A stretch of DNA of 64,000 nucleotides, taken from Bacteroidota bacterium (lineage in GTDB: Bacteria > Bacteroidota > Bacteroidia > Flavobacteriales > Flavobacteriaceae). Position 1 is the stretch's first letter. Every line of letters starts with the position of its first letter. The stretch lies in assembly GCA_029557895.1 (NCBI GenBank), contig JAKQHT010000009.1, positions 5,108 to 69,107 on the forward strand, in the 5' to 3' direction. Shown here one piece after another: positions 55,009 through 64,000 of this stretch. The translations under genes and the position numbers were made by a program. The notes under the pieces were generated by a model. The model ran no database searches. It was not told the origin of the DNA and worked only from the letters and a program-made list of their open reading frames with translations.

Positions 55009-56024
55009 TGTATCTTGATACGGCTCATGATGGGATAATGATCCGAAAGCGGTACATCAAAAGTCTTGAAACTGTTGATTTCAAAAGCTTTATCTACAAG
55101 GATAAAATCGATTCGAACAGGAAAAAACTTAAAATTGAAACTTTTGCCAAATCCGTTTCCTGCCTCAACAAAAGCGTCTTGAAGATTGCCCTTGATCTCT
55201 TTGTAAACATAAGAATAGGCCGTATTGTTAAAGTCACCGCATATAATCATCTTATAGGGACATTTGTTTTTGTGCTGCAAAAATAGCTCCGTCTGCGATT
55301 GCTGCATGGTAAAGGTATTGCTGACCTTCCGGAACAGATTTTCTGAAGATTCTTTGGTTAGGGCGTCACCGTTGGCATCGATTTTCATGGATTGTAGATG
55401 TACGTTATAGACCCTGATGGTATCGCTGCCCTTGATAACATCAATGAAGATCACATTGTTGTAAGTGTTTTTAAATTCGATAGAGCCGGAGTTGACAATC
55501 GGGAATTTTGAAAAAATGGCCTGTCCGTTCTTTACCTTTTCGCCGGAAATGACCTCAAATTTATAGTATCCGTCCAGTCGGATATCTTCGTCTCTTCGAT
55601 ACTCCTGAATGCTCAAAATGTCAGGTTGCTTTTCGTTGACAAATGCCACTATTTTTTTGTCAATGCCTTCTTCAGGAATCCATTTGAACACATTGAACAG
55701 CCTGACGTTATAGTTCATCACCGAGAAATCATTGCCATCGTCAATGGTTTTTGAAGCGGTAAATTTGTACAGCGACGTAAGATACCCGTATCCGACCAAT
55801 AGTACAATTGCAGACAGCAACAACTGCCGTTTTGCTTTCAGGAGCCAATATGTAAAAAACAGAACGTTCACGATGATCAGCAACGGTACGGTAAGGCTCA
55901 ATACCGATAGGAGGGCAAACTTTTTTGGCTCAAAATATGGCAGGATGTAGGACAGCAACAGCAATATTGCAAAAACGATGTTCACAATGAACACTAACTT
56001 GTCCAACAGTTTTAGCTTTTTCAT
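55005..56024 (-). CDS. Endonuclease/exonuclease/phosphatase family membrane protein
   Basis: N-terminal TMs; YNV, QE, HLQS, CGDFN, RIDFI and SDHYP. Confidence 0.92.
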   Translation of the reverse strand: MKKLKLLDKLVFIVNIVFAILLLLSYILPYFEPKKFALLSVLSLTVPLLIIVNVLFFTYWLLKAKRQLLLSAIVLLVGYGYLTSLYKFTASKTIDDGNDFSVMNYNVRLFNVFKWIPEEGIDKKIVAFVNEKQPDILSIQEYRRDEDIRLDGYYKFEVISGEKVKNGQAIFSKFPIVNSGSIEFKNTYNNVIFIDVIKGSDTIRVYNVHLQSMKIDANGDALTKESSENLFRKVSNTFTMQQSQTELFLQHKNKCPYKMIICGDFNNTAYSYVYKEIKGNLQDAFVEAGNGFGKSFNFKFFPVRIDFILVDKAFEINSFKTFDVPLSDHYPIMSRIKIH

Positions 56025-56030
56025 CAGAAG

Positions 56031-56906
56031 TTATTCCTTACCTGCTTTAAACAAAAATTCTTTTTCTTCCTTGGACAGACTGTCGTAACCGCTTTTGCTG
56101 ATTTTGTCCAGTATCAAATCAACCTGCTTCTGCTTGTTAAACTCCAAAAATTCCTTTTTGTTATGTCCGGCAACATTTCCAGAGGCTTTGCGATGTACGG
56201 TTTTGAGCAGCGAGCGTTGTTTTTTTTTAAACAATTGTTCTATCCTCTCAATAATGCGTTCGAGCCAAGTACCGATATTGTTGCCCCTTGACAATTGGGC
56301 TGCATATACGAATCCCAACAAGTTTCCGCCCAAATGCGCTACACTGCCACCTTGGTTATTGCTCCACAGGCCAATAAAATCGATGGCTACGAGGGCAATT
56401 CCCACATATTTCAGTTTAATGTTAAAGAATATCATTCGCACTTCGGTTTCTCCCATATAAGTACAGAGAAAAATCAGTAAGGCCCTCACTCCGGCAGAGG
56501 CGCCAATAAGTCCAATAACAGGATGCAGCAACTGGGGAGGGAGCAAATTATAGACCAGCAAAAATGCCAGCCCTCCAATAAAAACGCCCATAAAATAAAC
56601 GCTCAATGCCATTTTTGGCTTGAAAAAGTTCAGGAACAATCGCGAAACATAAAATAGCACCAATAGGTTGAAGAGCAGGTGCCAAAAATCATAATGTGCA
56701 AATCCATACGTGAGCAGCGTCCATGGACGTTTGATGAAATCCACGAAATCTACGGGCAACTTTAGCCAGTTCAGGCTATCGGAAACCCTAAAAATTGTCC
56801 CCGCCAAAAAGCCATAAACAAACACCACTGTGTTGATAACAATGATCCATTCCAGCACATTGAGCCGTTTGAGTTTGTATTGTATGTCTTGAGGGAAAGA
56901 GGTCAT
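56031..56906 (-). CDS. Rhomboid intramembrane serine protease (with DUF6576-like C-terminus)
   Basis: HLLFN, GASAG, AHLGG; C-terminal ILDKISKSGYDSLS.EEK. Confidence 0.92.
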   Translation of the reverse strand: MTSFPQDIQYKLKRLNVLEWIIVINTVVFVYGFLAGTIFRVSDSLNWLKLPVDFVDFIKRPWTLLTYGFAHYDFWHLLFNLLVLFYVSRLFLNFFKPKMALSVYFMGVFIGGLAFLLVYNLLPPQLLHPVIGLIGASAGVRALLIFLCTYMGETEVRMIFFNIKLKYVGIALVAIDFIGLWSNNQGGSVAHLGGNLLGFVYAAQLSRGNNIGTWLERIIERIEQLFKKKQRSLLKTVHRKASGNVAGHNKKEFLEFNKQKQVDLILDKISKSGYDSLSKEEKEFLFKAGKE

Positions 56907-56907
56907 T

Positions 56908-57654
56908 TTAGTTCCAGCGGTATCGGTCCATATCGTTTTTCTTCCAGAGCCACATCAGGATAAATCCTGTCAGTGCACCGCCTACGTGAGCCGCAAATGC
57001 CGTATTGCTCGGGCTAAAGATAGATTGCCCCGTGATGGCCGAAAACAAATCCAAAGCAATGATGGCCGGGATAAAATATTTGGCCTTGATGGGGATGGGC
57101 AAAAAGATTAGCATCAACTTCGAATCTGGGAACAACATCCCGAAAGCAACAAGTATTCCCATGATAGCACCCGAAGCACCGACCATGGAAGAATTAAAGA
57201 TATCGAACATATTTTGTAGCTCAATGCGCTGTAAATCAGTGATGGTCTGGCTAACTTTGTTTGTGCTCAATATTTGATGTATTTCGTTCAGGGACATCCC
57301 GGATTCCAAAAGCACACCTTCCGATGGCAAATATTTAAAATAATAAAACCCGATCATGATCAATGCTGCTCCGAGACCCGAAAACAGATAGAACAGAATA
57401 AATTTTTTGGCACCAAAAACCTGTTCCACAGCCGTTCCGAACATCCAGAGGGCAAACATATTGAACAAAATGTGGGTAAGGCCACCGTGCATGAACATGT
57501 GTGTGAGCAATTGCCATGGCCGGAACAAATCGTTTTTAGGAAAGTAAAGTGCCAAATATTCGTAGAATATGCCGTTGCCAATGGTCAACGTACCTATGAA
57601 CATCAGTACATTGATGATGATCAAATGTTTTACAGTCTCTGTGATTCCTCTCAT
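56908..57654 (-). CDS. Rhomboid intramembrane serine protease
   Basis: WQLLTHMFMHG, HILFNM, GASGA and AHVGG. Confidence 0.93.
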   Translation of the reverse strand: MRGITETVKHLIIINVLMFIGTLTIGNGIFYEYLALYFPKNDLFRPWQLLTHMFMHGGLTHILFNMFALWMFGTAVEQVFGAKKFILFYLFSGLGAALIMIGFYYFKYLPSEGVLLESGMSLNEIHQILSTNKVSQTITDLQRIELQNMFDIFNSSMVGASGAIMGILVAFGMLFPDSKLMLIFLPIPIKAKYFIPAIIALDLFSAITGQSIFSPSNTAFAAHVGGALTGFILMWLWKKNDMDRYRWN

Positions 57655-57677
57655 GATTAATTGTTCTTTTGCTTGAT

Positions 57678-59531
57678 TTACATAAATTTCTTTTCTAATT
57701 CTTCCAATGCCAAGGTTGTAAATGTAGGCTTATTGTTTGGCGAAACCGAAGGTTCTTTGCATGCAAAAAGACTGTTTACCAAATGTTCTTGCTCTTCATT
57801 GTTGAGTGTTTGCCCTGTTTTTATGGAAAGGCTTCTTGCCATGGATTTGGCCAAAAGATCGGTGGCGCTAAAATGGCTGTCCGGGATTTCTTGTTCCACA
57901 TCGCTGATAAGCTGCGCAAAAATAAGCTGCACTTCGCTTTCTGATACATCCATAGGCACGCCGACCACGTCGAGGCTTTCTGTTCCAAAATCCGAAAAAA
58001 CAAATCCCGAAGTCTCCAGGTCTTCCCTTAAAGATTTCAAAACGGCAATTTCCGTATTTGTAAAATGCAACTGCAAAGGAAAAAGCAATTGTTGGCTGAC
58101 GGTTTTGCGCAGGGTCATGCGCTCCAGAAAACTTTCGTACAAGATGCGTTGGTGAGCCCGGTTCTGGTCTATAAGGAGCATCCCCGATCTTACGGTACTC
58201 ACTATATACTTATTGTGCAATTGGTAGGTTTTGTGGATTGCATCCATTGTAGGTTGTTTGTCAAATAGGCTTTCCGAACTTTGTTCGCTCTCAAAAACCA
58301 TTTGGCCAAAATCGGCTTCTGGATCAGTGCCTTTAGATTCAAGCCCTACATAGAGGCTTTCCCAGTTATTTGCGTTTTTCGATTTGAAAACCGTAGCCTG
58401 TTTGCTGGTATTTTTGGGTTGCTCTGCAAACGGGTTAAAAGTGCGATCCACTTCTATATGAGGTAACGAACCGTTCTTGTATCGGTATTCGTATGGTGTA
58501 TCGAGATTACCGTCACGTTCAAAATCCAGTACGGGAGCAATGCTGAACTGCCCAAGGCTGTGTTTGATCGAAGCCCTCAAAATTGCATATAGCGAATGTT
58601 CGTCGTCAAACTTGATCTCGGTTTTTGTGGGGTGTATATTGATGTCAATCGATTTTGGATCGACCTTTAGATTGATAAAATATGTCGGATTGTTACCATC
58701 TTTGAGCAAACCTTCAAATGCGGATTTGACGGCATGGTTCAGGTATGGGCTCTTGATAAAACGCCCATTGACAAAAAAGAACTGTTCAGCCTTTGATTTT
58801 TTTGAAAACTCTGGTTTTCCCACAAACCCGGATATCGCGACGATTTCCGTGGTTTCCTCAACCGGCACGAGGCGTTCATTGGTTTTTGGGCCAAAAATGT
58901 TTACGATGCGCTGACGCATATTGCTCGTGCCAAGGCGGAACACTTCGCTGCCATTGTGGAACATTGAAAACGCTATATCGGGATGTGCCAGAGCCACACG
59001 ATGGAACTCATCAATAATATGGCGGAACTCAACAGTGTTGGATTTCAGAAAATTACGTCTGGCTGGAATATTAAAAAAAAGGTTTTTTACCAAAATGGAC
59101 GTGCCGTTCGGAACCACTGCCACTTCTTGTGATGCCACTTGGCTTCCTTCGATGATGATGTGCGTGCCCAGTTCGTCGGTGTCTTGCTTGGTCTTGAGCT
59201 CAACATGTGCGATGGCTGCAATACTTGCCAAAGCTTCGCCCCGGAACCCTTTGGTATGAAGCCCAAAAAGATCCTCGGCAGTCCTGATTTTAGAAGTGGC
59301 ATGGCGCTCAAAGCTCAACCGCGCATCGGTGGCGCTCATTCCTATGCCGTCATCCATGACTTGTACCAAGGTTTTGCCCGCATCTTTAAGTATCAATTTT
59401 ATGGTTGTTGCCCCGGCATCTATGGCGTTTTCCAACAGTTCTTTGACCACAGAGGCTGGCCGTTGCACGACTTCGCCTGCCGCAATCTGGTTGGCTACAT
59501 GGTCTGGTAATAGTTGGATGATATCTGCCAT
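57678..59531 (-). CDS. mutL: DNA mismatch repair endonuclease MutL
   Basis: NQIAAGEVVQRPASVVKELLEN, GFRGEAL, DINIHPTK and DQNRAHQRILYE. Confidence 0.98.
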   Translation of the reverse strand: MADIIQLLPDHVANQIAAGEVVQRPASVVKELLENAIDAGATTIKLILKDAGKTLVQVMDDGIGMSATDARLSFERHATSKIRTAEDLFGLHTKGFRGEALASIAAIAHVELKTKQDTDELGTHIIIEGSQVASQEVAVVPNGTSILVKNLFFNIPARRNFLKSNTVEFRHIIDEFHRVALAHPDIAFSMFHNGSEVFRLGTSNMRQRIVNIFGPKTNERLVPVEETTEIVAISGFVGKPEFSKKSKAEQFFFVNGRFIKSPYLNHAVKSAFEGLLKDGNNPTYFINLKVDPKSIDINIHPTKTEIKFDDEHSLYAILRASIKHSLGQFSIAPVLDFERDGNLDTPYEYRYKNGSLPHIEVDRTFNPFAEQPKNTSKQATVFKSKNANNWESLYVGLESKGTDPEADFGQMVFESEQSSESLFDKQPTMDAIHKTYQLHNKYIVSTVRSGMLLIDQNRAHQRILYESFLERMTLRKTVSQQLLFPLQLHFTNTEIAVLKSLREDLETSGFVFSDFGTESLDVVGVPMDVSESEVQLIFAQLISDVEQEIPDSHFSATDLLAKSMARSLSIKTGQTLNNEEQEHLVNSLFACKEPSVSPNNKPTFTTLALEELEKKFM

Positions 59532-59812
59532 CAGCCTTTAGGAAGAAAAATGGATAAATCGAACCCGATGATTAATAGGAAAACCAAAAGCAGGATTAGG
59601 GCAATAATTAAGGTTCTTCGATTGGCAGATCTGTCGGGTGTATTTTTATAATCGTCCCATGCGTTTTCAAATTTTCCCTTGAGGTTGGTTTTGCCAACGG
59701 TTTTGCGGTAACCATCAAACTTGTGCTTTATTTCAAACGGATTGCCTTCACTGTCAAGGTATCTTGGCGTGTAGTTGAATTTTTTATTGGTGCGTGTCCT
59801 GAAAATCCCCAT
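59531..59812 (-). CDS. Small C-terminally anchored membrane protein (conserved between ribH and mutL)
   Basis: R.NKKFNYTPRY motif plus one C-terminal TM. Confidence 0.75.
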   Translation of the reverse strand: MGIFRTRTNKKFNYTPRYLDSEGNPFEIKHKFDGYRKTVGKTNLKGKFENAWDDYKNTPDRSANRRTLIIALILLLVFLLIIGFDLSIFLPKG

Positions 59813-59822
59813 AGCGATAAAA

Positions 59823-60038
59823 TTAATAGTTGTCCAGTACTTTCCAAATCACAATGACCATGATCAAAACAACCGACAAGATTACCAACCTTGAGGGTGA
59901 CTTGCCATTTTTTGCGGATGGCCGCTTGGCTCCACGCCATTTTGCGCCCATATTTTCGCCATTTTGGGCTTCGCTGTCTTGGAGGTAGCGAGGCTTATAA
60001 CCAAATTGTTTGTTTTTGCGTTGAGTGAACAATCCCAC
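59823..60038 (-). CDS. Small membrane protein, paralog of 59531-59812
   Basis: GTG start; RKNKQFGYKPRY plus a C-terminal TM. Confidence 0.65.
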   Translation of the reverse strand: MGLFTQRKNKQFGYKPRYLQDSEAQNGENMGAKWRGAKRPSAKNGKSPSRLVILSVVLIMVIVIWKVLDNY

Positions 60039-60142
60039 TTTTTAAGAAACTAAAACCTTTTTCAAAGGTACTGAAAATAGCAGGAAAAGTAAATTTTGAC
60101 TTGCCAAAAATTGTTAACATAACAATCTTATGGAAAAAAGGT

Positions 60143-60628
60143 TCATGCGTTTTTGCGGAGCATTGCCATTTTTATGGCCGTCACGGCGGCTTCGACACCT
60201 TTGTTGCCGTGCTTGCCTCCTGATCGATCTATGGCTTGTTGCATGGTGTTGTCTGTTAGGACACAGAAAACAACAGGGATGTTGCCCAATACGTTCAAGT
60301 CTTTGATGCCTTGTGAGACAGCTTGGCACACAAAGTCAAAATGCTTGGTGTCGCCCTGTATTACGCTGCCGATGGCTATGATGGCATCGAGGTCTTTGGA
60401 TTGCATCAACTTGCAACCGTAGATGAGTTCGAAGCTGCCGGGCACGCTCCGAAGGTGGATGTTTTCCGGAACGGCGCCGTGCGCAATAAGTGTAGACCGT
60501 GCGCCTTCAAAGAGATTCTCGGTTATGTTGGCATTCCATTCCGAAACAACAATCCCAAACCGAAGTTCTTTCGCGTTTGGGATTGCAGCTTTATCGTACG
60601 ATGATAAATTTTGGTTTTTTGTGGCCAT
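60143..60628 (-). CDS. ribH: 6,7-dimethyl-8-ribityllumazine synthase
   Basis: IVVSEWN, VPGSFEL, GSVIQGDTKHFDFVC and RSGGKHGNKG.EAA. Confidence 0.97.
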   Translation of the reverse strand: MATKNQNLSSYDKAAIPNAKELRFGIVVSEWNANITENLFEGARSTLIAHGAVPENIHLRSVPGSFELIYGCKLMQSKDLDAIIAIGSVIQGDTKHFDFVCQAVSQGIKDLNVLGNIPVVFCVLTDNTMQQAIDRSGGKHGNKGVEAAVTAIKMAMLRKNA

Positions 60629-60664
60629 TATTAGAATCTGTTTAAATTTGTTTGCAACAGATCC

Positions 60665-61429
60665 TTATAGGCTTGCTTCGGCCTTGCCTATGAAGGTTTC
60701 TATGTTAGAAGCTTCGGATGAATTGGGATATTCTTCCTTGATTCGCTTGTAATTGTCCAATGCTTTTTGGGTCTTACCGAGTTTCATCGCTACGCTGGCA
60801 GCCTTAAAGAGGTACATTGGCGTTGTGTAAGTGTTGGTTTTCATGGAGGAAGCCTTTTCGTAATAGCTAAGTGCATCGTCCAATTGGTTCAACTGTACAA
60901 AAGCATCACCTATGCCGCCTTTGGCAATAGGGCCCAACAATTCGTCATTACTGGAAAAATCGCTCAAATACTTTATGGCGTTCTTATAATCTTTCAGGTT
61001 GAGGTAGGACATACCGGCATAATAGTTGGCAAGGTTGGCTGCCGGTGTGCCACTGTATTCCTTGGCTATATCCAGCATTCCAAATTTTCCTTCACCGCCA
61101 TTGAGTGCCAAGGTAAATAGCGAATCTTTGGCAGTGCTATTGACCGCTTGATCAAAGTATTGCTGTGCCTTGAACATCTCGTTCATTGCCTCGCTCGCTT
61201 TGGGTTCTGACACAAACTTGTTGTAGCCCAAGTAGCCCAATACCAAAACCGCAATGATGCCCACTGCTCCCATGATGTATTTTTGGTTCTTGATGGCCCA
61301 TTCTTCAGCTTTGCCCGCCTTGTCGTCCAATGTGTTAAATACCTCGGCCGTGGTAGAGTGCTGCTCGATAGCGTCTTCTTTCTCTTCTTTTGTTTTTGGC
61401 TTGTAACCTCTCTTCTTGTATGTTGCCAT
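60665..61429 (-). CDS. Membrane-anchored tetratricopeptide repeat protein (YfgM-like)
   Basis: Single TM followed by TPR helices (ANYYAG, A..YYEKA). Confidence 0.88.
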   Translation of the reverse strand: MATYKKRGYKPKTKEEKEDAIEQHSTTAEVFNTLDDKAGKAEEWAIKNQKYIMGAVGIIAVLVLGYLGYNKFVSEPKASEAMNEMFKAQQYFDQAVNSTAKDSLFTLALNGGEGKFGMLDIAKEYSGTPAANLANYYAGMSYLNLKDYKNAIKYLSDFSSNDELLGPIAKGGIGDAFVQLNQLDDALSYYEKASSMKTNTYTTPMYLFKAASVAMKLGKTQKALDNYKRIKEEYPNSSEASNIETFIGKAEASL

Positions 61430-61726
61430 TTCTTGTCAATTAATGCGCCGCAAAAATAAAATTTTTATTGGTATTTAAAAATCAGAGTTTGTTTAAAATT
61501 TATCTAATTTTATAGTTATGTGAATTTTTGGTTGCAATTATGATAGATTTTTTGGAATAACATCCGTTCACTTCTATATAATCTGCCTTGCTTTGCTCAA
61601 AAAACAGCTATTGCAAATTTTATCATACAAATATTAACTGCCTCACAGATTAATTTGTTATTTTTCGATAATTTGCACAACTTTTGCTTCCAGGCGCAGC
61701 CATCGCACGTTATACAAAGTAATGAA

Positions 61727-62806
61727 ATGATCTTAAATTCGCTCTCTTTGGTCAATTACAAAAATTTTGAAAGCCAATCGTTTTCTTTTGATGGCAAAAT
61801 CAATTGCTTTGTGGGATCCAATGGGGTGGGAAAAACCAATGTGCTCGACGCCATCCACCACTTGTCTTTTGGACGGAGCTATTTCAACCCAATTGCTACG
61901 CAAAACATAAGGCATGGCGAGGATTTTTTTGTGATAGATGGTGTTTTTCAAAAGAGTGGGAGGGCAGAAAAAATTGTCGTATCCTTTAAAAAGGGGCAGA
62001 AAAAGGTAATGAAACGCAATGGGAAACTGTATGAAAAATTCAGTGACCACATTGGTTTTATTCCATTGGTGATCATCTCCCCGGCAGATAGAGATCTGAT
62101 CGTTGAGGGTAGTGAAGCCCGCCGAAAGTTTGTTGACAGTGTCATATCGCAAAGCAATAGGCGCTATCTCGACAATCTCATCAATTATAACAAGATTTTA
62201 TCCCAGCGCAATGCTCTTTTGAAATATTTTGTACTCAACAATACCTTTAATATGCAAACGCTGCAAGTGTATAATGAGCAGTTGACCATTTATGGCACCG
62301 AAATTTTTGAGGTACGCAAGGCATTTTTGGATACATTTCTGCCGATTTTTAGAGCCTACTACAATGCTGTGAGCAATGGAAAGGAGAATGTCGATATCGT
62401 TTATAAAAGCGATCTTTATGAAGGTAATCTCTCTGAATTGCTCAATGAAAACATCAATAGGGACAAAAGCCTGCAATACACCAGCGTGGGCATTCACAAG
62501 GACGACCTAAACTTTGAGATAGAAAACTATCCCGTAAAGAAATTTGGCAGCCAAGGACAGCAGAAATCATTTTTGGTTTCACTGAAACTCGCTGAATTCG
62601 ATTTCATCAAACAACAGAGTGGCGTTGCCCCAATATTGCTTTTGGACGATATTTTTGATAAGCTTGATGAAAACCGTGTGTCTCAAATCATTAAGTTGGT
62701 CGATGACGAGGCATTTGGGCAAATTTTCATCAGTGATACACATGCAGACAGAACTGAACATGTTGTGAAACAGATACATCAATCATATAAAATATTCAAG
62801 CTTTGA
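61727..62806 (+). CDS. recF: DNA replication/repair protein RecF
   Basis: [24 protein letters not shown] and [12 protein letters not shown]. Confidence 0.96.
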   Translation: MILNSLSLVNYKNFESQSFSFDGKINCFVGSNGVGKTNVLDAIHHLSFGRSYFNPIATQNIRHGEDFFVIDGVFQKSGRAEKIVVSFKKGQKKVMKRNGKLYEKFSDHIGFIPLVIISPADRDLIVEGSEARRKFVDSVISQSNRRYLDNLINYNKILSQRNALLKYFVLNNTFNMQTLQVYNEQLTIYGTEIFEVRKAFLDTFLPIFRAYYNAVSNGKENVDIVYKSDLYEGNLSELLNENINRDKSLQYTSVGIHKDDLNFEIENYPVKKFGSQGQQKSFLVSLKLAEFDFIKQQSGVAPILLLDDIFDKLDENRVSQIIKLVDDEAFGQIFISDTHADRTEHVVKQIHQSYKIFKL

Positions 62807-63219
62807 GAAACATTGTTTTATTGTTATTGACTTTTACCGTTTTTGGGTGCAACGAAAACCCCGAAAATTTTATTCAGTACATTGGAGGTTATTGGGAAAT
62901 CGACGAGGTCAGGATGCCAGATGGAACCTTGAAGGATTACGGTTACAATGATACCATTGATTTTTTTGAGCTAAAAGCTGGCGAGTCGGGCAGCAGGACC
63001 AAATTGCGGCCCAACCTTGATGGTACGTTTTCCACCAACGGAGATTCAGAAGCTCTCGAAGCAGTCATTGAAAACGAAAATCTTTACCTGATCTGCAAAA
63101 CCCCTTTTGACCAATGGAGAGAAAAAGTGGTTAAGGCAAGTCGGGAAGTGTTGGTTATCGAAAACGAACAAAAGATCGTTTATAGTTACAAAAAATACCA
63201 ACCATTGGATCTGGATTGA
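62803..63219 (+). CDS. Lipocalin-like lipoprotein
   Basis: TTG start overlapping the recF stop, lipobox VFGC, GYWEI motif. Confidence 0.78.
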   Translation: MRNIVLLLLTFTVFGCNENPENFIQYIGGYWEIDEVRMPDGTLKDYGYNDTIDFFELKAGESGSRTKLRPNLDGTFSTNGDSEALEAVIENENLYLICKTPFDQWREKVVKASREVLVIENEQKIVYSYKKYQPLDLD

Positions 63220-63272
63220 ACCTTTTGATTTTAGCGACCTAAATACTATCTTTATATTTCAATTTAACAGAA

Positions 63273-63569
63273 ATGAACAAACGCAACAACGACCATTTGC
63301 AATTGGGCGACGTACTCAAAGAGTTTGTTGAGGTTAACCGCCTTCAGCCGGGTTTGGACAAGGTCAATATCATTGATGCTTGGAAAAACCTGATGGGCAA
63401 TGGCGTCAACAATTACACTGAAGGCATACTGCTGGAGCGTGAAACCCTGTATGTGAAATTGAGCAGCAGCGTGCTTAGAGAAGAATTGGGCTATGGCAAA
63501 GAGAAAATCATTGCGATGCTCAACGAAGCCGTTGGTAGGGACGTGATAAAAAAAATTGTGCTGCGTTGA
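63273..63569 (+). CDS. DUF721 / DciA family protein
   Basis: W..LMG..V..YT and LYVKLSSSVLREEL...KEKII; near recF. Confidence 0.88.
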   Translation: MNKRNNDHLQLGDVLKEFVEVNRLQPGLDKVNIIDAWKNLMGNGVNNYTEGILLERETLYVKLSSSVLREELGYGKEKIIAMLNEAVGRDVIKKIVLR

Positions 63570-63583
63570 TGCAATCTATAAAC

Positions 63584-63620
63584 ACACAAAAAAACCGCGA
63601 ATTTCGCGGTTTTTTTGTGT
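63584..63620. terminator. Bidirectional terminator
   Basis: ACACAAAAAAACCGCGAA-T-TTCGCGGTTTTTTTGTGT. Confidence 0.85.
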
Positions 63621-63640
63621 TTGATAGTTTTTGGTTTTGG

Positions 63641-64000
63641 TTATTGTTTTATCAATTTGAAAACCGTTTTGGCATCTTTGGCATCCAAAGACATCAAGTA
63701 CATTCCAGGAGTAGCGTCGGACATATCGATATCGAGTTCCGTTTGCATCCCTGAAAGGTCGATAGTCTTGACCAAGCGTCCGTTAATATCAAAAATCTCT
63801 GCTTTTACCAAATCTATCATGGCGGTCTTTTTTAGCTTGAACACCCCATTGGAAGGGTTTGGATATGCCATAACTTTGTTTTTCAGAATGTTGGATTCGT
63901 CAATTGATAATGGTGTTGCACAGTTAAAGATGACAATATCATCGATGTACCACCCGTCATTGCCATTGCAGCCATCGGTTCCAAACTCAAATCTGAACTG
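63641..64000 (-). CDS. C-terminal part of a T9SS type A-secreted protein (runs off the right edge)
   Basis: Frame open from 64000: QFRFEFGTDGCNGNDGWYIDD...AYPNPSNG...GMYLM...FKLIKQ. Confidence 0.85.
   Translation of the reverse strand, partial: QFRFEFGTDGCNGNDGWYIDDIVIFNCATPLSIDESNILKNKVMAYPNPSNGVFKLKKTAMIDLVKAEIFDINGRLVKTIDLSGMQTELDIDMSDATPGMYLMSLDAKDAKTVFKLIKQ

Overview
This 64-kb window is chromosomal DNA from a Flavobacteriaceae (Bacteroidota) genome. The assignment rests on TAnnTTTG promoters, T9SS C-terminal domains and the conserved parA-parB-dapB-lepB-rhomboid-mutL-ribH-recF neighbourhood. Most of it is core or near-core: a nitrosative-stress cluster (Rrf2, ric, His-rich membrane protein), ettA, hutG/hutI, fumC, a KdnA-like transaminase, mutA-ftsB-udk, tRNA-Pro(TGG), trxB, PadR-PspC-GIN and class II nrdJ. 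I found no transposase, integrase, prophage or CRISPR array. The main candidate for an undescribed system is a tightly packed 7-gene operon (9911-18441). It encodes a long coiled-coil protein, a classical-clade AAA+ ATPase with an unusual Walker B (DDAE), a coupled NUDIX hydrolase, two soluble proteins of unknown function and two membrane proteins, which suggests an uncharacterised membrane-stress or remodelling machine. Smaller signals not captured by the ORF track are a lipoprotein frameshifted in a T8 run, a T19 tract over a promoter, a 22-aa signal-peptide-only ORF, paired Rrf2 operators and an orphan mutase subunit. All family assignments come from motif recognition and memory; no searches were run.
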